Assembly (NCBI GenBank): GCA_965204725.1
Contig: OZ242005.1
Location: 1,408,001-1,472,000 of the forward strand
Direction: 5' to 3'
Length of the DNA stretch: 64,000 nucleotides
DNA from: Candidatus Latescibacterota bacterium
Lineage (GTDB): Bacteria; Latescibacterota; UBA2968; UBA8231
The stretch's first letter is position 1, and each line of letters starts with the position of its first letter. The notes below the pieces were generated by a model. That model ran no database searches. It was given only the letters and a program-made list of their open reading frames with translations, and was not told the origin of the DNA. Positions 41,711 through 51,866 of the stretch are shown piece after piece. The translations under genes and the position numbers were made by a program.

Positions 41711-41973
41711 GGCGGGGACCAGCCTTCGGCTTCGACCATGGACTTGGCGAGGTCGCCCAACTCGGCCACGAGGTCGCCTTGGTCTTGGGCGCGGGCCTTA
41801 TGGGTGATCTGCATGGTGAGGGCGATGAGGCCCAAGCCGAAAATTCGCTGCAAGCTCTGCGGCGAGTCGGGTTCGAGGTCGGGAATCAGCTCGGACAGGC
41901 GGTTGAGCAGGTCGCGGTGCTCAGCGGGAATTTCAATGACTTCCAAGGACATAGCGTTCAAAGAATAACCCAT
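41707..41973 (-). CDS. Small hypothetical protein
   Basis: ORF filling the operon gap and overlapping the SDR start. Confidence 0.5.
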   Translation of the reverse strand: MGYSLNAMSLEVIEIPAEHRDLLNRLSELIPDLEPDSPQSLQRIFGLGLIALTMQITHKARAQDQGDLVAELGDLAKSMVEAEGWSPP

Positions 41974-41997
41974 GCCCCAACCGGGGGCAATGCTCGC

Positions 41998-42843
41998 CTA
42001 GGCTTCGAGGGCGACAAAGGATTCGCCATCTTGGGCAATGCGGCTCCACGGCGCGTCGGGGTCGTGATCCCAAGCCACGATCCACCCTTGGGCCGCGGCC
42101 TCTGCGGCCAAGCGCTGCTTGCGGGTCGCGGTTTGGTAGGGGAGCATGTCGTAGGCCATGTTCCAATAGGGCCGGAGGTGGAGGCGCGTGGGAATCAGAT
42201 CGCCGGGATAGACGAGGGTGGGGCCGCCGGTCGCAAAGCGAAAGCCCTGATGGGCGCGGGTGTGCCCGCCGGTGACAAAGGCCGCCAGCCCGGGGACCAA
42301 TTCGCTGTCGCCGTTGAGGAAGCGCATTTCAACGTGGCGGGCGAGGGCATGCAATTCCTCGGGCCGATAGCTGCTGCGCATGGTGCTGCGGCCGGCTAAG
42401 GCATCGTCCCACTCGCCGCGCTGGACCGCGTGGACGGCGTTGGGAAACAGCGGTGCCCACTCGCCGCCTTGCTCGACGAGGCCGCCAGAGAAGTGGTCAA
42501 AATGCAGGTGGGTAAGCGCGACCAAGGTGATGTCGGTGGGCTGCACACCGGCCGCGGCCAGCGAGCCGCGCAGGGTTGAATGGCCGTCCAACCCCATGCC
42601 ATAGATCGCTCGCTCCCGCGCTGAGTAGCGCTCGCCGAATCCAGTATCGAGGAGGATGCGTTCGCGTGCGGTGTTGATCAGCAAGCAGTTGCAGGCAAGG
42701 CGGATGCGGTTGTGTTCATCCGGGGGGCATGCGCGTTGCCACAGGGCCTTGGGCACCACGCCGAACATGGTCCCCCCGTCGAGGCGAAAGTCGCCGCCGG
42801 GCAGGTGAACGGCCTCGGCCTCGCCTAGGGATACGCGACGCAT
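41998..42843 (-). CDS. MBL-fold metallo-hydrolase (YtnP-like)
   Basis: LDGGTMFGVVPK, THLHFDH, GHTRAH, GDLIP. Confidence 0.9.
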   Translation of the reverse strand: MRRVSLGEAEAVHLPGGDFRLDGGTMFGVVPKALWQRACPPDEHNRIRLACNCLLINTARERILLDTGFGERYSARERAIYGMGLDGHSTLRGSLAAAGVQPTDITLVALTHLHFDHFSGGLVEQGGEWAPLFPNAVHAVQRGEWDDALAGRSTMRSSYRPEELHALARHVEMRFLNGDSELVPGLAAFVTGGHTRAHQGFRFATGGPTLVYPGDLIPTRLHLRPYWNMAYDMLPYQTATRKQRLAAEAAAQGWIVAWDHDPDAPWSRIAQDGESFVALEA

Positions 42844-43832
42844 CAGAGGGCGGCGAGGACTTTGGTGCCTTCCGAGTCGAAGCGGAAAGGCATCTCGCGC
42901 AGACCTTGTTGGGCCATGGCGGCGCGCAGCTTGGTGCGGTGTTCAGTCGGGCAATAGAACATGAGGAAACCCCCGCCGCCGGCCCCTAGCAGCTTGCCGC
43001 CGAGGGCACCGGCCGCGCGGCCGGCCGCGTACCAGCGATCGATGTCCGCAGTGGATATCTGCTGCGCCCGCTGCTTTTTGGCGACCCAGTGCTCGTGGAG
43101 TAATTCGCCGAAGCGTTCGAGCGCGTCCCGTTCGAGGGCCTCCTTGATCTGGTAGCCGATCTGCTTGGTCTGATGCAGGCTGTCTAGGACGCGGTCGTCG
43201 CCTTGTTGGGTGTTTTGGTTTTGTTGCGCGAGGATGTCCGAGCTCTCGCGCCGGATGCCGGTAAAAAAGACCAGCATGTTGGCGGCTAGGGCCTCAGCCG
43301 TGGGTGCGGAGATCGCCAGTGGCGCGACTGCGACGCGCCCGCTGGGGTCGATGTCGAGGCAAGTCAGGCCGCCGAAGACTCCTAAGTAGTGGTCGTGTTT
43401 GCCCGCTGGCTGGGCGGCCCGCACCGTTTCGATGTAGTGGGCTTCCTCGGCTAGTGCTTGGGGCGCGGGCTGTTCGCGCTTATAGGCGTGGAGCGCGGCC
43501 AGCAGCGCCACGGTGAACGCACCCGAAGAGCCTAGGCCGGTGCGGCCCGGCACATCGGACATCGCGCTTATTTCAAGCCCGCCCTCAATCCCGGCGTACA
43601 GCAGGGCCTCGCGCAGCAGGGAGTGTTGGATCTGGCCGGGCGCATCGACCGTTTCGGTCCGTGAGTACTTGACGCGAATGAAGTCTTCCACCTTGAGATC
43701 GTTGACTTGGATATAGACGTATTTGTCAATGCCCGCGCTGAGTATAAAGCCTCCGTAGTTGGCGTAATAGGACGCGAGGTCGGTGCCGCCACCGCCGAGC
43801 GAGATGCGCAGCGGTGCTCTGGTGAGGATCAA
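42843..43832 (-). CDS. GHMP sugar kinase (HddA/heptose-7-phosphate kinase-like)
   Basis: RAPLRISLGGGGTD, GLGSSG, GKLLGAGGGGF. Confidence 0.88.
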   Translation of the reverse strand: MILTRAPLRISLGGGGTDLASYYANYGGFILSAGIDKYVYIQVNDLKVEDFIRVKYSRTETVDAPGQIQHSLLREALLYAGIEGGLEISAMSDVPGRTGLGSSGAFTVALLAALHAYKREQPAPQALAEEAHYIETVRAAQPAGKHDHYLGVFGGLTCLDIDPSGRVAVAPLAISAPTAEALAANMLVFFTGIRRESSDILAQQNQNTQQGDDRVLDSLHQTKQIGYQIKEALERDALERFGELLHEHWVAKKQRAQQISTADIDRWYAAGRAAGALGGKLLGAGGGGFLMFYCPTEHRTKLRAAMAQQGLREMPFRFDSEGTKVLAAL

Positions 43833-43844
43833 ACTAGCCTCGTT

Positions 43845-44564
43845 TCAAGGAAGGGTAAAAGCCGCCGAGTCCACGCACTGACAGGCGTGGCGGTAGCGTT
43901 CTGGCGTATCGGTTGAAAGGATCTGCCCGCGCAGGGGATGCCCGCGCAGGGGGCAGCCGGCCGCGAGCAAGTCGGCGAAGACCTCGCTGAAGTCGCAGGG
44001 GGTGTCGGGCGGGATGTAGTCGAGGATTTCGGGTTGGAGGGCGTAGATTCCGGCGTTGACCCAATAGTCGTCGAATACTTGGTCGGCTTGGGGTTTTTCG
44101 ACGAAGCGGTTGATGCGGTGGTGCGCGTCGAGGCCGACGATGCCCCGCGTGGTCGGGTCGTCCATCCGCACCAGCCCGACGGTGGCGATCGCGCCCTCGC
44201 GCTGGTGGGTTTGCCACAAGTCGCTTAGGTCGAAGTTGGTCAGATTGTCTCCATAGTACATTAAAAAAGGCCCGTCGAAGAAGTCGGCCACGTGCCGGGC
44301 GGCACCCGCAGTGCCGAGCAAGTCGTTCTCCCGCGAATAGGCAATCGACACCCCCCAGGCCCGGCCATCGCCGAAATAGTCGGCAATGACTTGGGGCAAG
44401 TGATGGAGGTTGATGACGAGGTCGTCGAACCCGTGCCGAGTCAACAGGCGCACGACGTATTCGAGCAGGGGTTTGCCGGCAAAGGGGACCATGGGCTTGG
44501 GCATCGCGTCGGTGAGTGGACGCAGCCGCGTGCCGCGCCCCGCGGCTAGGATCATCGCCTTCAC
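43845..44564 (-). CDS. Sugar-phosphate nucleotidyltransferase
   Basis: AMILAAGRGTRLRPLT...PKP, GTAGA, YGDN, EKP. Confidence 0.9.
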   Translation of the reverse strand: MKAMILAAGRGTRLRPLTDAMPKPMVPFAGKPLLEYVVRLLTRHGFDDLVINLHHLPQVIADYFGDGRAWGVSIAYSRENDLLGTAGAARHVADFFDGPFLMYYGDNLTNFDLSDLWQTHQREGAIATVGLVRMDDPTTRGIVGLDAHHRINRFVEKPQADQVFDDYWVNAGIYALQPEILDYIPPDTPCDFSEVFADLLAAGCPLRGHPLRGQILSTDTPERYRHACQCVDSAAFTLP

Positions 44565-45676
44565 GTGCGCGCCCGGCGGAGAACGTTGGCGGCCCGCATG
44601 TTCGCTTGGGCCGCCGCGTAGAAGTCGGCGAGGTCGGGCTGTTTTTGGACCCACTCGATGTATTCGCCAATGGTCTGTTCGAGCGGGGCTTGGGGCCGCC
44701 AGCCGAGGGCTTGCAGGGCCTCGCCGGAGGAAACCGTGTGGCGGGTGTCGCCAAAGCGGTATTCGCCGCTTACGAGCGGTTCGATGGCCCGCCCGGCCAT
44801 GCGCGTTACGAGCTCGGCGTATTCGAGGACGGTGGTGCCGTGCTGCCCGGCGACGTTGAAGGAGCAAAAATCAGCGCGCTCGTCTTGGAGACAGAGGACA
44901 TTGGCGCGGGCCACGTCGCCGACATAGACGTAGTCGCGTAGCGATTGGCCGTCTTCGTAGCAGACGGGCGGTTGGTCGTGCAAGACGCGGAGGGCAAAAA
45001 TTCGGCCGACGCCCGAATAGGCGTTAAAAAAGGAGTTGCGCGGCCCTTGGACGATGGAGTAGCGCATATTGACGGTGGGAATGTCGTATTTGCGGCCGAG
45101 GCTGAAGGAGGTCAGCTCGGCGGCGTATTTGGAGATGCCGTAGGGGGTGTGGGGGTTGGCGGTGTCTTCGGTGATCGGCTGGTGTTCGAGGACCGCGGCG
45201 CAGTGGGGGCAGCGGACCTCCCACTCGGCGCGGGCGAGTTGCGCGTCGGGGCGGGCGTTGGGATAGACGATGCCGTGCTCGCCGCAGCGGTACTTGCCCT
45301 CGCCATAGACGGCTTGCGACGAGGCCAAGACCACTTTCTGCACGGGCAATTTGTGGGCGACGATCAGCTCGTAGAGCAGGGTCGCGCCGACCGTGTTGAC
45401 GTGGTGGAAGGTGGAAAAGTCGGGCATGTAGTCTTGGTAGGCCGCTAGGTGAATGACGCCGTCGATGCCGTCGAGGGCGGCCAGCCAGTCGGCGCGTTGG
45501 CGCACGTCGCCGCGCACCTTTTCTACGCCTGCGGGCAGATAGGCGGGCCAGCCTGCGGGGTGAACCCGCTCTTGGAGGGCGTCGAGGATGCGGACTTGGT
45601 AGCCCGCGGCAACGAGGCGATCTACGGTGTGCGAGCCGATAAAGCCCGCACCCCCTGTGACTAGGATATGGCGCAT
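44561..45676 (-). CDS. NAD-dependent nucleotide-sugar epimerase/dehydratase
   Basis: TGGAGFIGSH, YGISK, RDYVYV. Confidence 0.92.
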   Translation of the reverse strand: MRHILVTGGAGFIGSHTVDRLVAAGYQVRILDALQERVHPAGWPAYLPAGVEKVRGDVRQRADWLAALDGIDGVIHLAAYQDYMPDFSTFHHVNTVGATLLYELIVAHKLPVQKVVLASSQAVYGEGKYRCGEHGIVYPNARPDAQLARAEWEVRCPHCAAVLEHQPITEDTANPHTPYGISKYAAELTSFSLGRKYDIPTVNMRYSIVQGPRNSFFNAYSGVGRIFALRVLHDQPPVCYEDGQSLRDYVYVGDVARANVLCLQDERADFCSFNVAGQHGTTVLEYAELVTRMAGRAIEPLVSGEYRFGDTRHTVSSGEALQALGWRPQAPLEQTIGEYIEWVQKQPDLADFYAAAQANMRAANVLRRART

Positions 45677-45842
45677 GCGTTGGAGGTGGGGATTATTTCG
45701 CGGGGGTTGTTCCTGCCATAGTAAGGACCAAAAAGTATCTTATCGGCCCGGTCGGGGCAAACCGGCCAAAAGGCGGCGGGAAACCCGAACTTGGAGCGCG
45801 GCGAGGGCAGGAATGGAATGATGTGCAGGGGGGCGTCCGGTA

Positions 45843-47811
45843 TCACCGGCCCGGCGAAAGTTCCGCTTCCCAGACGGTGCGGTTTTCTTTGGAAATCCAC
45901 TGGCCGACCCGGATGCGGCTGATGGCGTAGGCGGGGAGATGGGCGGTCGCGATACACTGGTCGCCGCGCCGCCAACCGCGCCGCATGTTCTCCAAGTCGA
46001 AATAGAAGCCGAGGTTGTCAAAACCGTACTCCTTGCGGTAGGCTGGCAGGTCGGCCGGGTCGGTCGGGGTGACGTGCAAAATGAACTTCGCCTGCGTATC
46101 CGCCGGGGCGCACGGCTTTTTGAGATAAGTCAGCTTGCGTCCGTTGCGGTACACGTCCCAGACGGAGTGGACCACCCGCTCGCCAGCCTGTTCGATGAGT
46201 TGCTCTATGTAGCGTTCTTTCCGAGCGCGATGCTTGTCCGCATCGAACGGTTCGGCCGCCGTGGCGCGGAAGACAACGCCGTCGGCCAGTTCGGCCACGG
46301 TTTCCAGCCCGGGCAGGACGCGGGAAACTCCGGAACCAAACGATATGCGCGTCAGTGCTGTCTGTGGTCCACCGAATCCTGTTCTGCGCTAACCGAGAAA
46401 GAGGGGATTTTCCCGAACTTCTTGGGGCGGCGGTCCGGTCGTAAAACCAAGCAATCTGGTACTTTCCTGGGGCGGCGGTCCGGTCATAAAACCAAGCAAG
46501 TTTTATGTTGGTGTAAATCGTGCCAGCGATGGGGTTGTCTCGGATGTAGGACAAGGTCTCGGAATGTTGCCAATAGGCGGCGGCGGCGTTGAACGTCCGG
46601 TCTGTGTGCCCGGCTATCGCTTGGTCGGTAAGAATTCGGTTTCTGTCCGTCGAGAAGCCTAAGTGGGCGAGGGTGGCCAGCAAGACGAGGGATGCCAGCC
46701 CGTAGCGGATGGGCACCATCCAGCCCGCAGACTCCATGGACAGGAACCGGTCTAGCAGAAACACCGCTGCCAGTAGCAGCGGCACGTATATCGGCATCAA
46801 ATAGCGGCTGTCGATGTCATGATCAACCGTGAAGGGCACGACCGCGACCATGAATACGATGTAGATTACGGCGAACACCCCGAATGGGAGAGCCGGCGTG
46901 GCCTCTGGGTCCGGCCGGTGACCGCGAAGGACGGCCGCCGCGCTGGCGAGGATGACCGTGGCGACCGCTGGCCATAGCAGATAAGCAAACCCATCCGGCG
47001 AGTACAAGGGGACGACCCACTTATGGAACACCTCAACGGTTTGGCGCAGCCCATCGGAGAGGGACTGCCCCGAAGGATGCTCTCTGTAGCCTGTTGCTCG
47101 AGTCAGGTTCCCGGTGACCGCCCAATTGTGCGCCAATACCGCCAGCAAGGGCAGGGACGAGACCGCGCCAAAGACAACGGTATGCCTTAGCCGGGCGAGG
47201 GGCAGCAGCAGCAAGACGCCGGTGCCAATCAGGACTACGCCCACATAGCGGGTTATCGCGGCCAGCGCGGTGAAAACCGCCGCCCACCACAGGGGCGCGG
47301 CCGTCTTGCGGTGGAGGAAGGCCGCCAACTGCGTCAAGGCGAGGAGCGTCAACAGGAAGAAGAGGGCCTCGGTCTGGAGGACGGCCCCCCAATGGTTCAA
47401 GGGCACGGAGGTCGCGATGATCGCGGTAGCCGCCAGCGCGAGCAGCCGCGACCGGAGATTTGAGCTCAGCCAGACCCCCGCGACGAGGATGGTCAGCCCA
47501 AAGATAATGGCGTTGACCCACCGACCTGCCTCCAGCGGGTCGATGCCAACCCAACCGAAGGCTGCCAGCAATAGGGGGAACAAGGGCGGGTATAATGTCA
47601 GCGGTTCGCCCGTGAAATCCCGCCAGCCCTCTCCGGCGAGGAAGTTCAGGGCCGTAGAAAGGTAAACGGTGGCGTCCGGGGAGACCACGGCGCCGTAGGT
47701 GGCGGTGCGGACGAGGATGTGCGCGGTGCCCAGCCCGGCGAGGACGACGATGAGCAGGGTGGTGTGGTCGCGCCCGAACCGGGCGATCTTCTCGAATGCG
47801 GAGTGCTTCAT
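45843..47811 (-). pseudogene. Array copy 1 (distal), frameshifted GT-C-like membrane protein
   Basis: Frame break near 46320-46335 separates ORFs 46018-47811 and 45843-46298; internal duplication of AWFYDRTAAP. Confidence 0.75.
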
Positions 47812-47835
47812 TTCAAATCATTTAGGATGGCTATA
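47812..47835 (-). repeat. 24-bp junction element (also at 49807-49830, 51843-51866, 53862-53885, 56201-56224, partial 58744-58753, 61085-61108, 63458-63481)
   Basis: TATAGCVATCCTAMATGANTYGMA immediately after each TGA stop. Confidence 0.9.
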
Positions 47836-49806
47836 TCACCGGCTCGGCGTCAACTCTGCTTCCCAGACGGTGCGGTTCTCTGCGGGAATCCACTGGCCGA
47901 TATAGATGCGGTCGATGGCGTAGGCGGGGAGTGGGACGATTGCGATACATTGGTCGTCGATTTGCTCGCCGCGCCAGTTGAAAAGGAAGTCGAGATTTTC
48001 AGAAATGTACTGTTGGCGGTAGGCTGGCAGGTTCGCCGGGTCGGCGGGGACGACGTGTAGAACGAACTTCGCCCGCACGTCCGCGGGGGCGCACGGCTCT
48101 TTGAGGTAGGTCAGCTTGCGTCCGGTGCGGTACACGCTCCAGCCGGCGTGGACCACTCGCTCGCTGGCCTGTTGGATGAGTTGGTCTATGTAGCGTTGTT
48201 TGCGGGCGCGATGCCTTTTCGCGTCGAAGGGTTCGTACGCCGTGCGGCGGAACACGACGCCGTCGGCCAGTTCGGCCACGGTTTCCACCCCGGGCAAGAG
48301 ACGGAGGTCCGTGTCGTCGTAGCTGAGAAAAGATCGATGATAGAATTTATCAAACCAAACGATATGCGCCCCGGCCTCGATTGTGGGCCACCCCATCTCG
48401 CGCGGAATGCTTAGGTACTTGCCCGGGGCGACGGTCCCATCCGCAAACCAAGCAAGGGATTTCTTGTTGCTGTAAACCCGGCCCTCAACGCGGTTATCCC
48501 GGAGGGAGCGGATGTAATTCAGGGTCTCGGACTGTTGCCAATAGGGGGTGTTGTACATCCAGTCTTGTCCGTGCCCGACGTCCCATACTTTGGCGGTACG
48601 ACGGAGGTTTTCTCCCGTCGAGAAGCCGACGTGGGCGAGGGTGGCGAGCAAGACGAGGGCTGCGAGACTGTAGCGGATGGCACCGATCCAACTCGCCGCG
48701 ATGGATAGGAACCGATCGAGCAAGAACACGGCCGTCAACAGCAGCGGCACGTGTATCGGCAGCAAGTAGCGGGTGTTGATTATCTGCTCAACCGTCAAGG
48801 GCACGACGACGACCATGAATGCGAGGTAGGTCAAGACGAACCCCCCGAATGGGATCGCCGGCCTCAAGCGGAAATAGGCCGGCGCGGCTTTTTGGTCCGG
48901 CCGGAGGGCGCGAAGGATGACCACGGCACTGGCGAGGACGGTCGCCGCGACCGCCAGCCACAGCAGATAGGTAAGTCCAGCCGGCGCGTTGGGGAGGACG
49001 GTCCACTCGTGGAACACATCGACGATCTGGCGTAGCCCGTCGGCTAGGGACTGCCCCGAAGGGCTTACTGGCCCTGTTCTGTCCCCTGTTGCCCGGGCCA
49101 GATTCCCGGTGACCGCCCAGTTGCGCGCCAATACCGCCAGCAAGGGCAGGGACGAGATCACGCCGAAGATGAGGGTCTGCCTTAGCCGGGCAAAGGGCAG
49201 CAGGATGAGGACGCCAGCGGCGATTAGGGCCACGCCCGGATAGCGGGTCAGCGCGGCCAGCGCGGTGAAAACTGCCGCCCACCACAGGGACGCGGTCGTC
49301 CGCCGGTTGAGGAAGGCCGCCAACTGGATCAAGGCGAGGAGCGCAAGCAGGACGAGAAGGGGATCGGTCCTGAGGCGGGGTGCCCAATAGTTCAAGGGCA
49401 GGGAGGCCGCGATGATTGCGGTGGCGGCCAGCACCAGCCACTGCGACCGGAGATTTGAGCGCAGCCAGCACCCGGCGGCGAGGATGATCAGCCCGAAGGC
49501 CGCGGCGTAGATCAATCGACCCGCGACCAGCGGCTCGACGCCGACCCAACCACCGGCCGCCAGCAACAGGGGGAGCAAGGGCGGCCATCCTGTCAGCGGT
49601 TGGCCCGTGAAATCCCGCAAGCCTTCGCCGGCGAGGAAGTTCAGGGCCGTAGAAAGGAAAGCGGTGGCGTCCATGTCGATCTCCGCGCCGTAAGGGGCGG
49701 TGCGGACGAGGATGTGGGCGGTGCCTAGCCCGGCGATAAGGACGATGAGCAGGGTGGTGCGGTCGCGCCCGAACCGGGCGATCTTCTCGAATGCGGAGTG
49801 CTTCAT
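47836..49806 (-). CDS. Array copy 2: GT-C (ArnT/PMT-like) membrane protein, one C-terminal domain
   Basis: D..FLSTALN, WPPL, TDP, ALTRYPG, RYLLP pattern of GT-C folds; many hydrophobic helices. Confidence 0.75.
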   Translation of the reverse strand: MKHSAFEKIARFGRDRTTLLIVLIAGLGTAHILVRTAPYGAEIDMDATAFLSTALNFLAGEGLRDFTGQPLTGWPPLLPLLLAAGGWVGVEPLVAGRLIYAAAFGLIILAAGCWLRSNLRSQWLVLAATAIIAASLPLNYWAPRLRTDPLLVLLALLALIQLAAFLNRRTTASLWWAAVFTALAALTRYPGVALIAAGVLILLPFARLRQTLIFGVISSLPLLAVLARNWAVTGNLARATGDRTGPVSPSGQSLADGLRQIVDVFHEWTVLPNAPAGLTYLLWLAVAATVLASAVVILRALRPDQKAAPAYFRLRPAIPFGGFVLTYLAFMVVVVPLTVEQIINTRYLLPIHVPLLLTAVFLLDRFLSIAASWIGAIRYSLAALVLLATLAHVGFSTGENLRRTAKVWDVGHGQDWMYNTPYWQQSETLNYIRSLRDNRVEGRVYSNKKSLAWFADGTVAPGKYLSIPREMGWPTIEAGAHIVWFDKFYHRSFLSYDDTDLRLLPGVETVAELADGVVFRRTAYEPFDAKRHRARKQRYIDQLIQQASERVVHAGWSVYRTGRKLTYLKEPCAPADVRAKFVLHVVPADPANLPAYRQQYISENLDFLFNWRGEQIDDQCIAIVPLPAYAIDRIYIGQWIPAENRTVWEAELTPSR

Positions 49807-49830
49807 TTCAAATCATTTAGGATTGCTATA

Positions 49831-51852
49831 TCACCGGCTCGGCGTCAACTCCGCTTCCCAGAGGGTGCGGTTGTCTCTGGAAATCCACTGGCCGATATGG
49901 ATGCGGTCGATGGGGTAGGCGGGGAGATGGGCGATAGCGATGCACTGGTCGCCGAGCCGGAAGCCGAGGGATTTATAAAGCAAGTTATAGTGGAAATAGA
50001 AGTCGAGATTCTCCGAACCGTACTGTTGGCGGTGGGCTGGCAGGTCGGCCGGGTCGGCGGGGACGACGTGCAAAACGAACTTGGCCTGCACGTCGGCGGG
50101 GGCGCACGGCTTTTTGCGGTAGATCAGCGTGCGTTCGGTGCGGTACACGGTCCAGCCAGCGCGGACCACTCGCTCGCTGGCCTGTTGGATGAGTTGATCT
50201 ATGTAGCGTTGTTTTCGAGCGCGATGCCTGTCTTCGTCGAAGGGTTCGTACGCGGTGCGGCGGAGTACGAGGCCGTCGGGCAGTTCGGCCACGACTTCCA
50301 CGCCGGGCAAGAGCCGGAAGTCCAAGTCGTCGTAGCGGAAAAATCCTTGATGATAGGGCTCATTAAGGCAAACGATATGCGCCCCGGCCTCGATCTCGGC
50401 CTGCCCCATCTTGTGCGTGATTATTCGGTACGTTCTCAACTTTCTTAGGGCGGCAGTCCGATCCCAAAACCAAGCAAGCTCTCCCCTGTTGCTGTAAATC
50501 GTGCCCTCAATAGGGTTATCCCGGATGTACTTCAGGGTCTCGGAATGTTGCCAGCGGGCGTACCTGTATTGGGTGACATAAGCTTGGGCGGTACGGCGGA
50601 GGTTTGCTCGCGCCGAGCAGCCGACGTGGACGAGGGCGGCCAGCACGACGAGGGACGCCAGCCCGTAGCGGACAGCCGCCATCCAGCCCGCCGCCTCAAT
50701 GCACAGGAACCGGTCCAGCAAAAACACCGCCACCAACAGCAACGGTACATACACCGGCACCAGGTAACGTAAGGGGAACTCACCAACGGGGGACACGAGC
50801 GGCACGATGGTGACGATGAATACGAGGTAGGCTACGGCGAACCCCCCGAATGGGAGCACCGGCCCCAACCCGAAGGAGGGCGACTTGCCGCCCCTGCCGA
50901 AGCCGCGGCCAGCCCAAACGACGACTGCCCCCGCTGCCAGAACGACTAGCCCGGCCACCATCCACAGGAGATAACCCAACCCGTCCGGCGCGTTCGGGGG
51001 AATCGCCCAATCCCGGAATCCATCCGCCATTTGGCTCAGCCAATCGGACAGGGACAGCCCCGACTCTGTTCTCGGCCCGGTCAGGGTCCCGGAGACCGCC
51101 CAGTTGCGCGTCAGCACCCCTGCGAGGGGGATGGATGAGACGGCCCCAAATACGATGGCGTACTTTAACCGGGCGGCCAGCGGCGGGGCGCGATGCACCA
51201 GCAGCACGAGGACGCCGACGCCGACCAGCACCACGCCCGCATAGCGGGTTATTGCGGCTAGCGCGGTGAAAACTGCCGCCCACCACAGGGGCGCGTCCGT
51301 CCGCCGATTGAGGAAGGCCGCCAACTGCATCAAGGCGAGGAGCGTAAACAGGACGAAGAGCGTCTCGGTCAAGAAGCGTGCCGCGAGATCGCTCAGGGGC
51401 CGGGAGGCCGCGATGATCGCGGTGGCGGCCAGCACCAGCCACCGCAACCGGAGATTTGAGCGCAGCCAGCATCCCGCGGCAAGGATGGTCAGCCCGAAGG
51501 CGGTGGCGTTGATCCACCGACCCGCTTCCAGCGGCTCGATGCCGACCCAGCCGAAGGCGACCAGCGACAGGGGGAACAAGGGCGGCCAAGTCGCCATCGG
51601 ACGGTCCGCGAAATCCCGCCAGCCCTCTCCGGCGAGGAAGTTCAGGGCCGTAGAAAGGTAAGCTACGGAGTCCGGGCTGACCGCGGCACCGTAGGTGGCG
51701 GTGCGGACGAGGATGTTCGCGGCGCCCAGCCCAGCGAGGAGGACGATGAGCAGGATGCAGGGGTCGCGCCAGAAGCGGAATTCCCCTCCCCTCGTCTGTG
51801 TGTCATGCTGAGCGTAGCGCAGTCGAAGCATCTCTATAGGCTTTCGAGTCAT
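49831..51852 (-). CDS. Array copy 3: GT-C-like membrane protein, atypical N-terminus
   Basis: Same motifs; start ATG lies within the junction element and reads through a REP-like sequence. Confidence 0.7.
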   Translation of the reverse strand: MTRKPIEMLRLRYAQHDTQTRGGEFRFWRDPCILLIVLLAGLGAANILVRTATYGAAVSPDSVAYLSTALNFLAGEGWRDFADRPMATWPPLFPLSLVAFGWVGIEPLEAGRWINATAFGLTILAAGCWLRSNLRLRWLVLAATAIIAASRPLSDLAARFLTETLFVLFTLLALMQLAAFLNRRTDAPLWWAAVFTALAAITRYAGVVLVGVGVLVLLVHRAPPLAARLKYAIVFGAVSSIPLAGVLTRNWAVSGTLTGPRTESGLSLSDWLSQMADGFRDWAIPPNAPDGLGYLLWMVAGLVVLAAGAVVVWAGRGFGRGGKSPSFGLGPVLPFGGFAVAYLVFIVTIVPLVSPVGEFPLRYLVPVYVPLLLVAVFLLDRFLCIEAAGWMAAVRYGLASLVVLAALVHVGCSARANLRRTAQAYVTQYRYARWQHSETLKYIRDNPIEGTIYSNRGELAWFWDRTAALRKLRTYRIITHKMGQAEIEAGAHIVCLNEPYHQGFFRYDDLDFRLLPGVEVVAELPDGLVLRRTAYEPFDEDRHRARKQRYIDQLIQQASERVVRAGWTVYRTERTLIYRKKPCAPADVQAKFVLHVVPADPADLPAHRQQYGSENLDFYFHYNLLYKSLGFRLGDQCIAIAHLPAYPIDRIHIGQWISRDNRTLWEAELTPSR
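51802..51833. repeat. REP-like element
   Basis: GTCATGCTGAGCGTAGCGCAGTCGAAGCATCT resembles the widespread GTCA-type REP family. Confidence 0.5.
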
Positions 51853-51866
51853 GTAGGATTGCTATA

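Noticed and set aside
47831-47853. TTGACG...TATAGC at unit ends as a sigma-70 promoter
   Set aside because: Only 12 bp separate the hexamers and the -10 lacks the final T; unsupported without TSS data
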